Assembly (NCBI RefSeq): GCF_001447785.1
Contig: NW_015177023.1
Location: forward strand, 884,531-948,530
DNA: 64,000 nucleotides
Origin: Gekko japonicus
Lineage: Eukaryota
Direction: 5' to 3'
The position numbers and the translations under genes are program-made. This document shows positions 13,495 to 25,935 of this stretch, piece after piece. The stretch's first letter is position 1. Every line of letters begins with the position of its first letter. The notes under the pieces were generated by a model. It was not told the origin of the DNA. It made no database searches and worked only from the letters and a program-made list of their open reading frames with translations.

Positions 13495-13806
13495 GTGAGA
13501 GTAAGAGATGGGGTAAATACTGATGGGCGAGAGGAAGAAAGGGGGGATTTGTCAGAGATGGGGACGGGGAGATTGAAAGAGAAGGGGAGGAGGGAAACAG
13601 AAAGTGTGATAGGTTGACCAAGAACGGGAGGGAAGATTGATGGATAAGGGGTGTGGGGCAAAAGAGAAAGGGGGAAGGATTGTCAGGGAAGGGGAGGGGA
13701 AAAGGAGGTGAGGAAGATCTACATAAGGGAAGGGGGTGAAAAAGAGGAGGGAGAGGGAGAAGAGGGAGAAGAGGGAGAAGGACGAAAGCAAAGGGGAGGG
13801 GAAGGG
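13495..13806 (+). repeat. GA-rich low-complexity tract
   Basis: Purine-rich G-run tract that produces spurious Pro/Leu/Ser ORFs on the minus strand. Confidence 0.8.
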
Positions 13807-14439
13807 ATACACCATCCCTACAAGTTTTGTCACCACTTGTATATTTTAAAAGCAAAGTCAACCAAATCTGAGAATACTTAAATCCAGTGACTGGAGCTAT
13901 GAATGACCAAGATAGATCTTTCTACAAATCTGAAAAATGCCCAGGTTTGCAGAAAAATGTGAAACCCAGGAGGAAAATTTTGCAAAACAGAGAGAAAATA
14001 CATTGGGGGTTCAAAAAAAACCAAAGTAATAAAAAGTGCACCTGTGATTTTAATTAACTGATTCCCTCAGTGGATGTTGCTAGGCAACCACAGCATGCTA
14101 GGCGGGGTTTCTATGAGGCAAAGGCAGGAGGAAATGGGAGGGTCATTTCATGGGTTGCTTTGGCCTTTGAAGGAGGACTCATAGGAGCCAGGCTTGGCAG
14201 CAACCACTGGGTAACTTGATACCACCTGACTTGTATGGCTCACCTAGGCCTGGCTGCTTGCTAATGTTCAACAGCAGCCACTCCATGAAAACCAGTGTGA
14301 TGTAGCGGTTAGAACATCACAGTTGGTCTGGGAAACCCAGGTTCAAATCTCTAGTCTGCCGTGGAAGCTTACGAGGTGATGTTGGGTCAGTCACTGTAAC
14401 CTACCTCACAGGGTTATTGTGAGGATAAAAAAGAGAAGA

Positions 14440-14658
14440 TACTGGCTGGATATTAGGAAACATTTTTTTTTACAGTAAGAGTACTTCAGCATTGGAATTG
14501 GCTGCCTAGGGAGGTGGTGAGCTCCCCCTCACTGGCAGTCTTCAAGCAGCAGCTGGACAAACACTTGTCAGAGATGCTTTAGGCTGATCCTGCATTGTGC
14601 AGGGGGTTGAACTAGATGGCCTTCATGGCCCCTTCCAATTCTATCATTCTATTCTATG
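14440..14658 (+). mobile_element. CR1 LINE 3' end
   Basis: LDIRKHFFTVRV..HWNWLPREVV.SPSL.VFKQQLD remnant, then gggttgaactagatggcc...ccttccaattctat and an (ATTCT)n tail. Confidence 0.85.
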
Positions 14659-14894
14659 AAAACAAAAGACCCACAACATATCATAATGCAATTTTCTCAC
14701 AGTGCTCTTTCTCTCTCAAACAGTCATAGATATAATCTCTTTGTCTATATCATGATTCTTCATTTCTGATACCAGTTTAAAACATTCAAAACTTGCTACA
14801 CATGTATGGCATATAGCCTCTAAGGGAATAAGGGGAAAACCCCTGAATGTACTATATTTTGTTTCCTAAATAAATCCAGTAATTTATTTGCTTC

Positions 14895-15088
14895 ATTTAT
14901 TTATTTATTTATATCCTGTCTTTCCCTCAAATGGAGACTCAAAGCAGCATAGGCCATTCTCCTGTCCTCCATTTTACCCTCACAAGAATGAAGCAGGTTA
15001 GCGGGGAATGTGTGGTGGCCAAAGGTCACCCAGCAAGCTTCCATGGCAGAGTGGGCATTCTGACACTAACCACTACACAACACTGGTG
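14895..15088 (-). mobile_element. Older Squam3-like SINE
   Basis: (TTTA)n tail, ggtcacccagcaagcttccatggcag, ending in aaccactacac (tRNA A-box on the reverse strand). Confidence 0.55.
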
Positions 15089-15599
15089 GAGCAAAACTTC
15101 TAAGTACTTCTACAAAAAAGCAAGGCATATGCTCCAGAATTAACGTTGCATTATATTTTAGCTTCCAAACTTGCAGATCAAGAATTATCATTCAGATTAG
15201 CATTTGACATTGAACAACAACTAAACAGGTTTCCCTCTTGTTCCACATAAGCAAGTGCACAGTATAATTAAACAGTCCATAAAAATGGATTTGATAGAGG
15301 CTGATCTGTAGTCTGTGGAGTACATATTGTCCCTCTGAACTGGGAACATTTTATCTCTGGTCTATAAAAGTTGATAAAACAGGCTTAAAAAAACACTAAT
15401 TGCTTGGGGAAAAATACTGGATAGTGACCCTGATACTTGATTATCAGGCAGATCACCCAAACTCTGCTAATGACATATTTAACATTACTAGGCTGCCAAG
15501 TGCCCCTAATTAAAAAGAATAAAAAGTAGGTTCTTACATAGAGATCCTCCTAATGTAGAAAACTATCGGCACCAATTTGTAGTATTTCAGTTTAAAGTC

Positions 15600-16230
15600 T
15601 GTCAGAATGGCGGCACGCTAGGCAGACGCATCTCCCGGATTTCCCGGGGATGCGTTCTGTGCACAGCGGGGAGGAGGGGGAGCGTTGGCCCGTTCCCCCC
15701 CCCCGGGAGCCTGGTGGAAGGCTCCTAGCCAGGGGACTCTCGAGGAGTCACCTCTTCGCCTATGTGTTGTGGGTGAATTGAGGCGCTCCTCCGTCCCAAT
15801 GGTCCTTCCTGCAAAGTGCCCGAATGGGATCTAGTGACGCTGACCGGGGCAAGCGTGGGAGATCGAGTGGGTGAAACGATGTAAAGCGGGGTCGTAAGAC
15901 CTTATATGAATGTAAGTCGGACTGAGCGAAATGTGTCAACTTAAAAGAAAGCTCCCTACTCCAAGAACCAGAAAGAGAGGTGAGCAGGGGAGGGGTTCCT
16001 CTCAGGCGCATAAAGAATTAGAGCGAGACCCGGGGGGGGAGCGGAAGAAAAAGCAGTGAAAGCTGCAAGCGGCGGTTAAAGAGAAAAGAAAGCTCCCTAC
16101 CCCATTCTGTAAAATGGAAAGTGAGGCAGGCGGGGGAGGGACGCCTCCCAACCGCATGGACTTTTAAGAATTAAAATTCTTATAAAGCTAGCGATATTGG
16201 GATGAAAGAAGCTATTTAGAAGAAAAAGAG
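15600..16230 (+). mobile_element. CpG-rich fragment resembling an L1 5'UTR (internal promoter)
   Basis: Starts with a YY1-like AATGGCGGC, followed by a GC hairpin (cagacgcatctcccgg..ccggggatgcgttctg). High CpG content and a repeated aaagaaagctccctac. No ORF1 follows. Confidence 0.45.
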
Positions 16231-16233
16231 ACA

Positions 16234-16317
16234 ATGCAATCCTATGCAGAATTACACCAGGCTAAGCCCCTGATTTCAATGGGCTTAGACTGGAGCAGTT
16301 TCCCAGGGGACTGTACT
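16234..16317. mobile_element. Short palindromic MITE
   Basis: tgcaatcctatgcagaattacaccaggctaagccc(ctgatttcaat)gggcttagactggagcagtt...ggactgta forms an imperfect hairpin. Confidence 0.55.
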
Positions 16318-19300
16318 ATTGAAGTGATTTGAGTATAATTCTGTCACAATAATTTATTCAGTTTCTTCATAATGGGATGTTGATATATTGATTCACTTAC
16401 CATGAAATATCAATAATCAGTGATTCTAGAAAAAATGACATGTTATTACAAGCATCTGGTCTAGGGAAGCTGTGAGACATCCCTTGAGCGATCTCAGTAC
16501 TGACTAACTGGTAGTGGAGGACTTCTACGTAATCTGTTTCCTGACCCTGGGAGCAGGGTTACTGGGGTAATGGAGCTCCCTGCCCCCTTGAACTGTCAGA
16601 AGGAGAATGGTGATTCTCCCTGCCTCTATTCCAGATTTGATGCGAATCGCCAGAGACAGAGAGGGAAACTGCCAACCACATTAGATATGGAAGAATAGGG
16701 TGACTGAACCAACCAGCATCTCGAAGAGGCATGTGAGGGATACAATCCTGAAAGCAGTGTCTGGAGCACCCCTGAAAGTGGGGGAGAATACCATCAGAAC
16801 AAGTATTTTCAGTCTGCCAGCAAAAGTCTAAATCAAATTTTTAACTATTTTCTTTAATATGCAATTGTCTCTCCTTGGATAGATGGGCAGCTTACCAGAA
16901 GCTATTACGGGTGTGCATATTGAAACTTCCAGGCTGAAGATATACATGGAAATCGCTTGTTCAGGTCAATACTGTGATTTTCCAGAACAGTGACACAAAT
17001 CTGAGATTCTTCGTTAATGTAAACATCCTGAAACAATCCATGTTATTTTTCATCTTCAGGTGTTGCTAGCCAGCAACAGCATACGCTCATGTTTTCCTTG
17101 GTTTCTACTGATTTCCTGGGGAATGGCATTTCTCTCTGCCAACAGGATCCTTGCAAGGTAGGAGCACAGAGCACTTCCAGCCAACCCCCTTTGGAGACAA
17201 ACCATAGTTCTCTTTCNNNNNNNNNNNNNNNNNNNNNNNNNNNNNNNNNNNNNNNNNTTTTCCCTCCCTCATTTGGGGAACAGAATCCTTTTGTTCTTTG
17301 CAATTTCCTATCTCTGGGGAAACTTTGTTCAGGGGCATGTAAAATTTGTCCCTATTGCCCAATTTGCTTGAAACATGGAGGCTTGTTACAGACAGGCAGC
17401 AATCACTCCACTGAAATGTTGGTGTCATTAGACTGAAAGTCAGCCACTCCAAACCCCCCCCCCTCCCCAATAATGGGAAGGGATGCACAGAACCAATGGG
17501 AAGGGATGGGGGGAATTCTGCAAAGAAACAGACTACAAGGAAGGGTGGCAAACACAGGTTTTCAGTGGAAAGGTACATTTGTATTGTCATTCATTGTAAG
17601 AGAAGGAAAATTTAAACAGTTCTTTTTTAAAAAAAATACTATAGCCAGTTGGAGCTCTCCTAGGCTGCTGCTTGACTGCCATTTTATTTTATTTATGTGT
17701 TTGTTTGTTCAATTTATAACCCTGCCCTCCCCACCAAAGCAGGCTCAGGGTGGCTTACATAAGGGATAGAACACATAAATAACAATTACAACATCATAAA
17801 AACCTTCTAAAACCATTCAATATTATAAAGTGCTAGCAAACATCTGTAGTAATAGTATTGCTTGAGGATGTAGGTTTTAGGAATCAGCAAAGAAAAATGT
17901 AGGTGTGCAGAGAGTCATCTACTTTGGGGGTCTATAATTAAACCCCTTTTTGTTCAGTCTGCTAGAAAATTAGGAGTCTTTAGATTACGGGGAGGACTGT
18001 GTTCTGCACAAATACGGTGCCATTATCTTTATGAATAGCTGCCACAGACCCTCACATACATTCCACATGGAAAATAGCAGTCCAAAACTCCAGAACTACA
18101 TAGATTGAATTCTGAACCAGTAGCATCCTACCCCAAAATAAGCGAACACAGTATCCCCCCCCCTCAAAGCCCACAAGTTATAATAAAAATTTTCTTGGTA
18201 TACACCCTGAGAAGCTATTTCCAGCTGCCTGGGCCCTGTGACATGCATGATCTCATAACACGAACATGCGTCTGGTAACAGAAGCCACAGCTCTAAGACC
18301 AAAAGATGGCACCAAAGGCATGGTTCTTTCTAAACTGCCCATCACATTCTCATATCCTAACTGGAAGCTATGCATACTGTGAGACAGAAACCATTCTTAG
18401 TTTAATTGCTGTTGCTGATGTAATACTTCATGCGGTAGCACCTTCTCATGATGAGGAAAACAGGCTAATAAAACCTCTGTATGAACTGTCTTACTGGCAC
18501 CTTAATATGGTGCTGTGTCAATTATTACCCTCTAGAGAAATCCCAATCATATTTTGCCAGAAAAGAAGACTATAGAAAGAATCAACAGCTACTTTGGCTT
18601 GAACCTTTGCAAACTATTGTCAATAAATTAGCATAATTAGTTTAACAACAGCACTGAGTACTTTGGTGATTAATTACAGCCCTCTTTCAACTTATGTGGT
18701 AACACTTGTACTTTTTGTAATACAATCGATGCATGAAGAAACGTACAACAGGAAAATATTAGCCATGGCCTTGCCTTTTAAAAACATTGATTGAAAACAC
18801 ACAAGTGACTTCTCAAGAATGCTACAGGAAAACATTAATATGGCATTCATTTTCAGCATATAAAGCATCAGAATTAGCAATGGATGTACAGCAAATATGT
18901 AATTATTGCAGACTGCTGGGACTCAAGTGAAAAAGAAGTGAAGATCCTTGGACCTTAGCCTACACACTGGGCAGGCAGCAGGACCTTAGCCTACACACTG
19001 AGCAGGCAGTCATCCTTATGACTACCCCAGACATGTCAGAATCATCCGGACTGCACTATCCCTTGGTCTGAAAAAGTGATGGTTCACCTTCCTGTGATTC
19101 TCAGCCATACGCTTCTCATGTGTCCTAAGCCGGGAGACAAACACAGATATTGAATGGCAAGACTATACATATCCTTCAGTAGAAAAGGCTTTGTCTATCT
19201 CCCTTCTCAGATATATTTAGATAATTAAAAGTATCCTTTGTTCCTTTGGTGCTTACTGCAAGCTTCGTTATACCCAAGCAGATGCTCTTCCTGATCACGA

Positions 19301-20269
19301 CTCAGCCTTTCACTAAACAATTCAGAATCTGCTTTTGCCTTCCAGCATAATCTATCTGCATTTATCTGAGAGGTATGATTAATCACAGCCTGTTGCTAGG
19401 ATACAACAGAAAGTTCATTTAAGCTTAATGTTTCCCTTTGTAAAACAGGACCAAGAAGAATATACAGGTTTGTGACAAGGAAATGACCTTATAAAAAACG
19501 ACATTTAAAATCAACCTGTAAACCTAAAGAAATAAGAGAAGTGTGCTTCTGGGGAGGCAGGAAAGTGAGAAATTAAGATTTGATGTTTAGCTTGCAGGGC
19601 ATAGCTTGGCCAGAAAAACAGATTTTATGAAAAGATAGGCATGACACTAAGAAGAAATATGCTATTGATAAAATAAATATTGTGGAGGTTAGGAAAGTAA
19701 AATGGCATCATTATTTAAAGAGTTATCCACTATGAGCCCAGCCCAATGAAATGTGCCAAAATCTTTTCCCATTTGGTTATCACTGCTCTTATAAAGACCA
19801 CAGAGCAAAGACCACATGAAATGGGGGGGGGGGAAACAGATACTGTAATCTTTTTAAAAAATCTACATCAGCACAGCACGTATCTAGATGCTGCTGGAAC
19901 TCTGCACCTGCATTTAGGAATATTCACTTCCCTTGAAGCGTTACCTTACATAAATATTTGGGTGAGACTTCTTATGAAGACTTTGATGATTGTTTTGAAA
20001 TTGTGCAGGAAGATGATGCCAAGTACAGGTGGTGTCCTCGTAAGCTACTGACATACCACAAAATGTTTAATATAGTTATTAAGTGGACTATTAAGTTTTA
20101 ATACAGGTAGCAAGTGGACTATTAAGGATGTCAGCAAGCTAGTAACATTTGAGGACACAACACTACTAAAGTAGTAGTTTAGCTCTGTGTCTATGTTAGG
20201 CAAGGAGCCATACTGCAGCTGTAGGGAACTCCACTTAAAAGCACTGGGGGGGTCCCTAATGTATATATT

Positions 20270-21212
20270 TATTCGTTCATGCATTCAATTTATAGACCAC
20301 CCTCCACTGCATTTCAACAAATTACAGTTAAAAAATTTAAATTCCAATAGCTATTACAAGATAGCACTTAAAGACCAATCCCTGCCCTTACCCCATAAGG
20401 GAGGGCAGAGGAGGAGAGAAAAAAGAGAGGCCAGGCACAATGAAAACCATTGCTGGCCTCAACCATAGGCCCAGCAGAACATTTCTGTCTTACAGGCCCT
20501 GCAGAACTGTGCCAAGTCCCACTGGGCATGGATGTCATTTGGCAGAGAGTACCACCAGATGACACCAGGGCCAAAAAGGTCCTGGCTCTAGTCACGGACA
20601 GCCGGATATATTTTTGGGTCAGGGACTGATTACCAGAAGGTTTTTCTCTCCAGGGCATAATGCTCTTCTGGGGATACCAGGAGAGGCAGTCCCACAGATA
20701 CATTGGCCCCAGCCCGTTTAGGGCTGAAAGGTTAACACCAGAACCTTGAACCTGATCCAGTATTCAACCTGGAGCCAGTGCCGGTGGGAAAACACTGGTT
20801 GAATGTGTGCTGTCAGTGGGGTCTCAGTAAGGACCCAAGCTGTTGCATTCTGGACCAGTTGTAATTTCCAGATCAGCCTCAAGGGTAGCCCTGCATAGAC
20901 CGAGTTACAGTAGTCTAATCTGGAGGTAACTATTGCATGGATTACCGTGGCAAGTTCAGAGTGAGACAGGAAGGGGGCCAGATGCCTGACCTGGAGAAGT
21001 TGGAGTACTGCCATTCTGGCAAAATTTGTGATCTGGGCCTCTATTGATAAGGAGGCATCCAGAAACACATTCAGGCTCCTGGCGGTTGGTACCAGTGTTA
21101 GAGGTGGTACCATCTAGAGCTGGGAGTTGGCACTCCAACCCTGCATCCCCCCCTGGCCAGCCACAGAATCTCTGTCTTTGATGGATTCAGTCTCAGCCAC
21201 CTCTGTTACAAC
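20270..21212 (-). mobile_element. L2 LINE 3' portion (RT C-terminus)
   Basis: ORF 20718-21113 has ATVIHAIVTSRLDYCNSVYAGLP..LQLVQNA..HWLQVEYWIRFK. LRLNPSKTE lies at about 21170-21200. Confidence 0.9.
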
Positions 21213-21514
21213 CAGGCCTCGGTTCCTGCTGGAGTGCGCCGGAGCGCCGCTCTGCCAGTAAGGAGCCCATGGGGCAGGCACATAAGCCCCACCCCCTGCT
21301 CCCATCAGCCATCAGTCAGGCCATGAAGAGCAAGCAGCAGGCAGGTAAGTTCCCTGCAGAGCCCTCCTGTTGCCTGCAGAGCCGCCCCTGCCCTTGCTGC
21401 CTTTTTCAGGCCCCGCACCAGAGTGCCAGGCCTCAAAAAACAGCCTGCAGAGCCCCCCGCCCTTGCCACCTTTTTCAGGCCCTACACCAAAAAAAACGGC
21501 CTGCAGAGCCACCC

Positions 21515-22482
21515 TGTATAGGAATATGGATTCCTATGGGCCTCATGTCTCCCTTAGAATGTTCTGTAGGCTTCATGTTTCCCCCTTGGAATGTACCCCC
21601 TGTTGCTCTCATTTCCTATGTAAGCCAGGTGGCTGACCATTTGCTCAAATTGCCCCCATAAACCAAATGCCTCTGCTGAAGCATGCCTCTGCTGAAGCAT
21701 GGCAGAGACGCACGTAGGCTCCTGGATGGGAGGGGCTCAGGGATCATCTTACTGCAGAGGATGGTTCCTGGACCCAACCTATCCCCACCCATTTACCATG
21801 ACAACCCCAAATTTGGAAAGTACCTGTCTCATTGTGGTTGGCTACTGGCCAGGGCCGGTCATAATGAGATTGGGGTTCAAATTGGCTAACCCTTAGAGAG
21901 GAGCTCACTTTTTTGGCTTGCTCTCTCTCTGTTCCTGCATGTACCCTGGAATGCTGTCTCTGCCATGGGATGAGACAGAACAAAGGATTCTTTGTGAGCT
22001 GAAGCACATGGCTCTGTGCCCACAAGGATGGAGCTATTCTTTCTCAAGATATTGGACTCTTACTATGGACTATTGACCCTCCTTGCTGTTGGTAAATATG
22101 CTCTATCGTGTAGTTAGGCAAAACATTGCCAGGTTGTTATTTTATAATCTTTTCTAGTCTGATGGCAAGTCTGTGATAAATAAACTCTATTCTGTTTATA
22201 ACTTGTGTCTGATTGATGTACATTTGACTCCAAGCTTAAATCCTGTTGCCTGAAACCGCTCTCCCAGTTAAGCTACTTTATGGTATCAAGTCCCAGAGGC
22301 CAGTTAAGAGTGTGAACCTTGCTCTGGACTGGAAGGGACTATAGTTGAAAGGTTCTGGTGGCTGTGTCTGTAAATCCAGAGAGACTACCTCTCCTGGGTT
22401 CTTGTGTAATTCATTGTTTCAGTCAATGAGTCTTTCTCTTCCCATTCCTGGACTGGTCTGGGGAAGAGAGAGAACCATGACA
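21515..22482 (+). mobile_element. 5' LTR of a Gmr1-like Gypsy retrotransposon
   Basis: TGTATA...TGACA termini and AATAAA near 22179. Followed by a PBS-like TGGTGGC(ttt)AGCtTTGGGAT resembling a tRNA-Leu PBS (22483-22503). Homologous to the solo LTR at 31711. Confidence 0.8.
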
Positions 22483-22618
22483 TGGTGGCTTTAGCTTTGG
22501 GATCAATGAACTGGAGTCAATTATCATCAAGGGTTTTGCCCTATGCGTACAGAACTTGCTCAGACTGGTGAGGAAGTTTTCTTATTTTTGAACAGTGTTA
22601 GCTAGGAATTTTGCTACT

Positions 22619-23992
22619 ATGGCTGAGGGAGGTGATTCCTTCGGCATGGAAAATGCATCTCTGCTCACTATGGATGACGTGAGGGACCAGGATGAATTCT
22701 GGGATGCTGCTGACGCTGGAGACCCGGTTGTACGTCCAAGGAGAGCCCCGTTGTACCAGAGAGAGGTGGAGCATGGCAGAAGCGCAGATGACTGGCTGTT
22801 TGCTGGCTCTAGAGACCCCCCTGGTGCACGAGAGATGGAGGATTGGAGTCTGCCTCGACGCCCTTCTCATCTCCGCTCTTGGGACTGGCAAGCACCCAGC
22901 CACGACATCCCCGGTGCTGAAGGCTTTTCCGGAGGTCGGAGGGAACTGTCCTCATCCAAACCTCGGCAGCCTGGTGCTGATTCCAGCCAGAGAGATGGTG
23001 AGCATAATCCTCGTGACCCTCCCAACTTTGTTGCCCCCTGGGATGTGGATAGAAGGATGTTTCCTTACTTCAAACAAGGGCAGGACGTGCTGGGGTACCT
23101 CACCCTCTTTGAGCAGACCTGCCGAGACATTGGGTTACACCCCAAGGACTATATGCTGGTGTTGAGATCTCAATTGTCTGGTGGACTGGCTGATCTGTTA
23201 GGGACCCTCAGTGGCCCTGATGCTTCAGACTTCCAGAAATTCAAACAGCTAGCCTTGAAGAGGTTTGGCTTATCTGCTGAATCCTACAGGAGATCTTTTC
23301 GCAAGGTTGAGCGACATTCTCCTCCTGATAACTATCCGCTGACTGCGGCTGGCCTAACACAGAATTTGGATCGCTGGCTGAGTGCTGAGGGTGTGCACAA
23401 CTTTGCCTCCCTAAGAGAACTGTTCCTGAAGGAGCAATTTTTCCGGTTGCTGAGTGATGAACTTGCAGCCCTTGTGCGAGACCGGAAACCCAAAACGCTC
23501 GAGGATGCCGCTGAACTCGTCCAAAGCATGCGAGAGCACAGAGAGAGAGGTTATGGAAGACCTGCTCGCCCTGCTGCTGGGAATCCTCTGCCTCCCTCCA
23601 AGTCCGAGGCACCCTCGCCTAAGCCGCCCACCTCTGCTGAGAAGTGAAAGACCCCTCCCACGTCGCCGGTCAAGAAACTTGTGGATCCCAAATCTGGTTT
23701 GTGCTTTGAGTGCAACAGTTCAAAACATAAAAGGGCTGACTGCCCATTTTGGAAAGCAAAGAAGGGGACCCCACCAGCTTCAATCAAGCCCCAGGTTCGT
23801 GTTATCCATCAGCTGGAACCTGCAGACCCTGCACACCTGACTCCTGTGAACCTACCGGCTGAGGCACCAGAGACTGGCCCACAAGCCTCCATCTCCTTGG
23901 TGAGTTTTGCATCTCTCATCGACCAAGGACAACTGGAATGGGTGCGCAAGACATACACGCATGAGATTACCATGAACTGTAAGTGGCTGTAA
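22619..23992 (+). pseudogene. Gag of a Gmr1-like Gypsy element (SCAN-like capsid plus CCHC knuckle), one in-frame stop
   Basis: SCAN-like ESYRRSFR..LDRWL..LRELFLKEQFFRLLSDELAALVRDRKPKTLEDAAEL at about 23280-23540. TGA at 23645, then CFECNSSKHKRADC (CX2CX4HX4C) in the same frame. Confidence 0.88.
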
Positions 23993-25190
23993 GTGGACTG
24001 TATGATACTGGTGCTGAAATAACTTCTGTGCATGAATCCTTGATTCCTAATGATCAGTTTTTGTCTAAGGAAGTGTTGGTGACCCCTTATGAGTCAAGAG
24101 CCGTTTCTAGAAGGCTTGCTGAAGTTGACATGCGTTACCAGCATTATCAAGGTAAAACTATTGTCTTAGTACATAAGATGTGTGTAGCTAAGGTCCTTAT
24201 TGGCTCTGACTTAGCTTATAAATCTGCCTTGGCTGAAATAGAGCCCACTTTTGAGGGAGGGGGGGGGGAGTTCCCACCTGGCTGCTGTCCAGAGTCCTGA
24301 AACCCCAAGCCTCCCTGTCCCTATTATGTCAGCTACCGCTGAACTGACAGTCCCTGCTTCTCACACAGACAGTGAGAAAGGGGGAAATGATTTTTTGGGA
24401 GCTGTCTCTGAGTTCCAGGGAGATAAGAAGTTCAGAGAAGCCCAACTAGCTGATCCAACCCTTGAGGACTGCTGGCAAAGTGTACATACTGACCCCAGGG
24501 CGACTGCTGATCGCAGGGTGAAGTTTATTGTTAAACAGGGTCTTCTGTATCGCCAGTGCCAAACCAAGGCACGTGGGGAACTTGAGCAGCTTGTTGTCCC
24601 ACAACAATACCGTGAAATGGTGTCGAAATTGGCCCACGAAAATGTGTTTGCTGGTCATTTTGGGAGGAAAAAGACCTTAGAGAAACTATCAAGGTCCTTC
24701 TACTGGCGTGTTTGTGCAATCATGTGTGGTCTGCCAAGTCGAAGGGTATGAAAGGTACAAACCCAGGGCCCCTCTGCAAACCCCAGCTCTCCCTGAGGAA
24801 GTTTTTGCTAAGTGGGGTGTGGATGTATTGGGTCCCTTACCTTACCCTGGGAAAACTGGAAAGAAGTATCTGCTCACAATTATAGATCATTTGTCCCATT
24901 TCCTCTCGGTCATACCCCTAACAAACATCGGGGCTAAGACCATTGCTAATGCTTTGTTGGTTCAGTCGACCCACTGGGGACTGCCAAAGACCCTGGTTAC
25001 TGATTTTGGGTCCTCTCTTGTCAGTGGTCTTATGCAGAAGGTCTGTGAGATAGCCCAGATAGACCACCAGTTGTCAATCCCATACTGTCATTGGGAAAAT
25101 GGCAGAACGGAACGTATGAACAAAACTATTGGTCAGATGCTCCGCAAGTACACCGCTGACTATCATAAAGACTGGGAGCAACATCTTCCC
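23983..25190 (+). pseudogene. Frameshifted pol fragment: aspartic protease followed directly by integrase; RT/RNase H and 3' LTR missing
   Basis: GLYDTGAEITSV...LIGSD (protease). QLVVPQQYR..LAHENVFAGHFG..KT..FYW..CVVCQ (HHCC). WGVDVLGPLP..LVTDFGSS..NGRTERMNKTI (DDE core). Confidence 0.9.
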
Positions 25191-25264
25191 GCCCTTGCTG
25201 CCTTTTTCAGGCCCCGCGCCAGAGTGCCGGGCCTGAAAAATGGCCTGCAGAGCCACCCCCACCA

Positions 25265-25935
25265 TTTAAACCACTTCCCCTCCCCTCCAACAGCTGGCTT
25301 GCTCGGGCTGTCCGCAGCCACGGGGATCCTGAACAAGCCAAGGAAAGGAGAGGCAGTTTAAACCGCCTCTCCTTCCCTCCAGCAGCCGGCTTGCTCGGGC
25401 TGTGCACAGCCGCGGGGATCCTGAGCAAACCAAGGGAAGGGAAGGCGGTTTAATCCTTCCCTCCAGCAGCTGGCTTGCTCGGGCTGTCCGCAGCCGCGGG
25501 GATCCTGAGCAAGCCAAGGGAAGGGAAGGTGGTTTAAACCACCTCTCCTTCCCTCCAGGGGCCAGCTTGCTCGGGCTGTCCACAGCCACGGGGATCCTGA
25601 GCAAGCCAAGGGAAGGGAAGGCGGTTTAAACCGTCTCTCCTCCCCTCCAGCAGCCAGCTTGCTCGGGCTGTCTGCAGCTGCAGGGATCCTGAGCAAGCCA
25701 AGGCAAGGGAAGGCAGTTTAAACCGTCTCTCCTCCCCTCCAGCAGCTGGCTTGCTCGGGCTGTCTGCAGCCGCAGGGATCCTGAGCAAGCCAAGGGAAGG
25801 GGGTTTAAACTGCCTCTCCTCCCTCCAGCAGCTGGCTTGCTTGGGCTGTCCACAGCCGCAGAGATCCTGAACAAGCCAAGGGAAGGGAAGGTGGTTTAAA
25901 CTCTCTGGACAACTCTCCCCGAGCAAAGGAAGGGA
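25265..25935. repeat. Minisatellite of about 7 x 84-92 bp self-complementary units
   Basis: Unit tttaaaccgcctctccttccctccagcagccggcttgctcgggctgtc..cagccgcggggatcctgagcaagccaagggaagggaaggcgg, with copies starting near 25265, 25358, 25449, 25533, 25625, 25717 and 25804. Confidence 0.92.

Noticed and set aside
13367-13881. Long Pro/Leu-rich and Gly/Glu-rich ORFs
   Set aside because: Artefacts of the GA-rich low-complexity tract.
15782-15830. HDV-like ribozyme (tccca...cgaatggga, with ggcgct/agtgcc as P1)
   Set aside because: No GG for P1.1, no P4 and no clean P3/L3, so the double pseudoknot cannot be built.
25265-25935. CRISPR-like array of palindromic repeats
   Set aside because: Units are contiguous and homologous along their whole length (no unique spacers), there are no cas genes, and the context is vertebrate.
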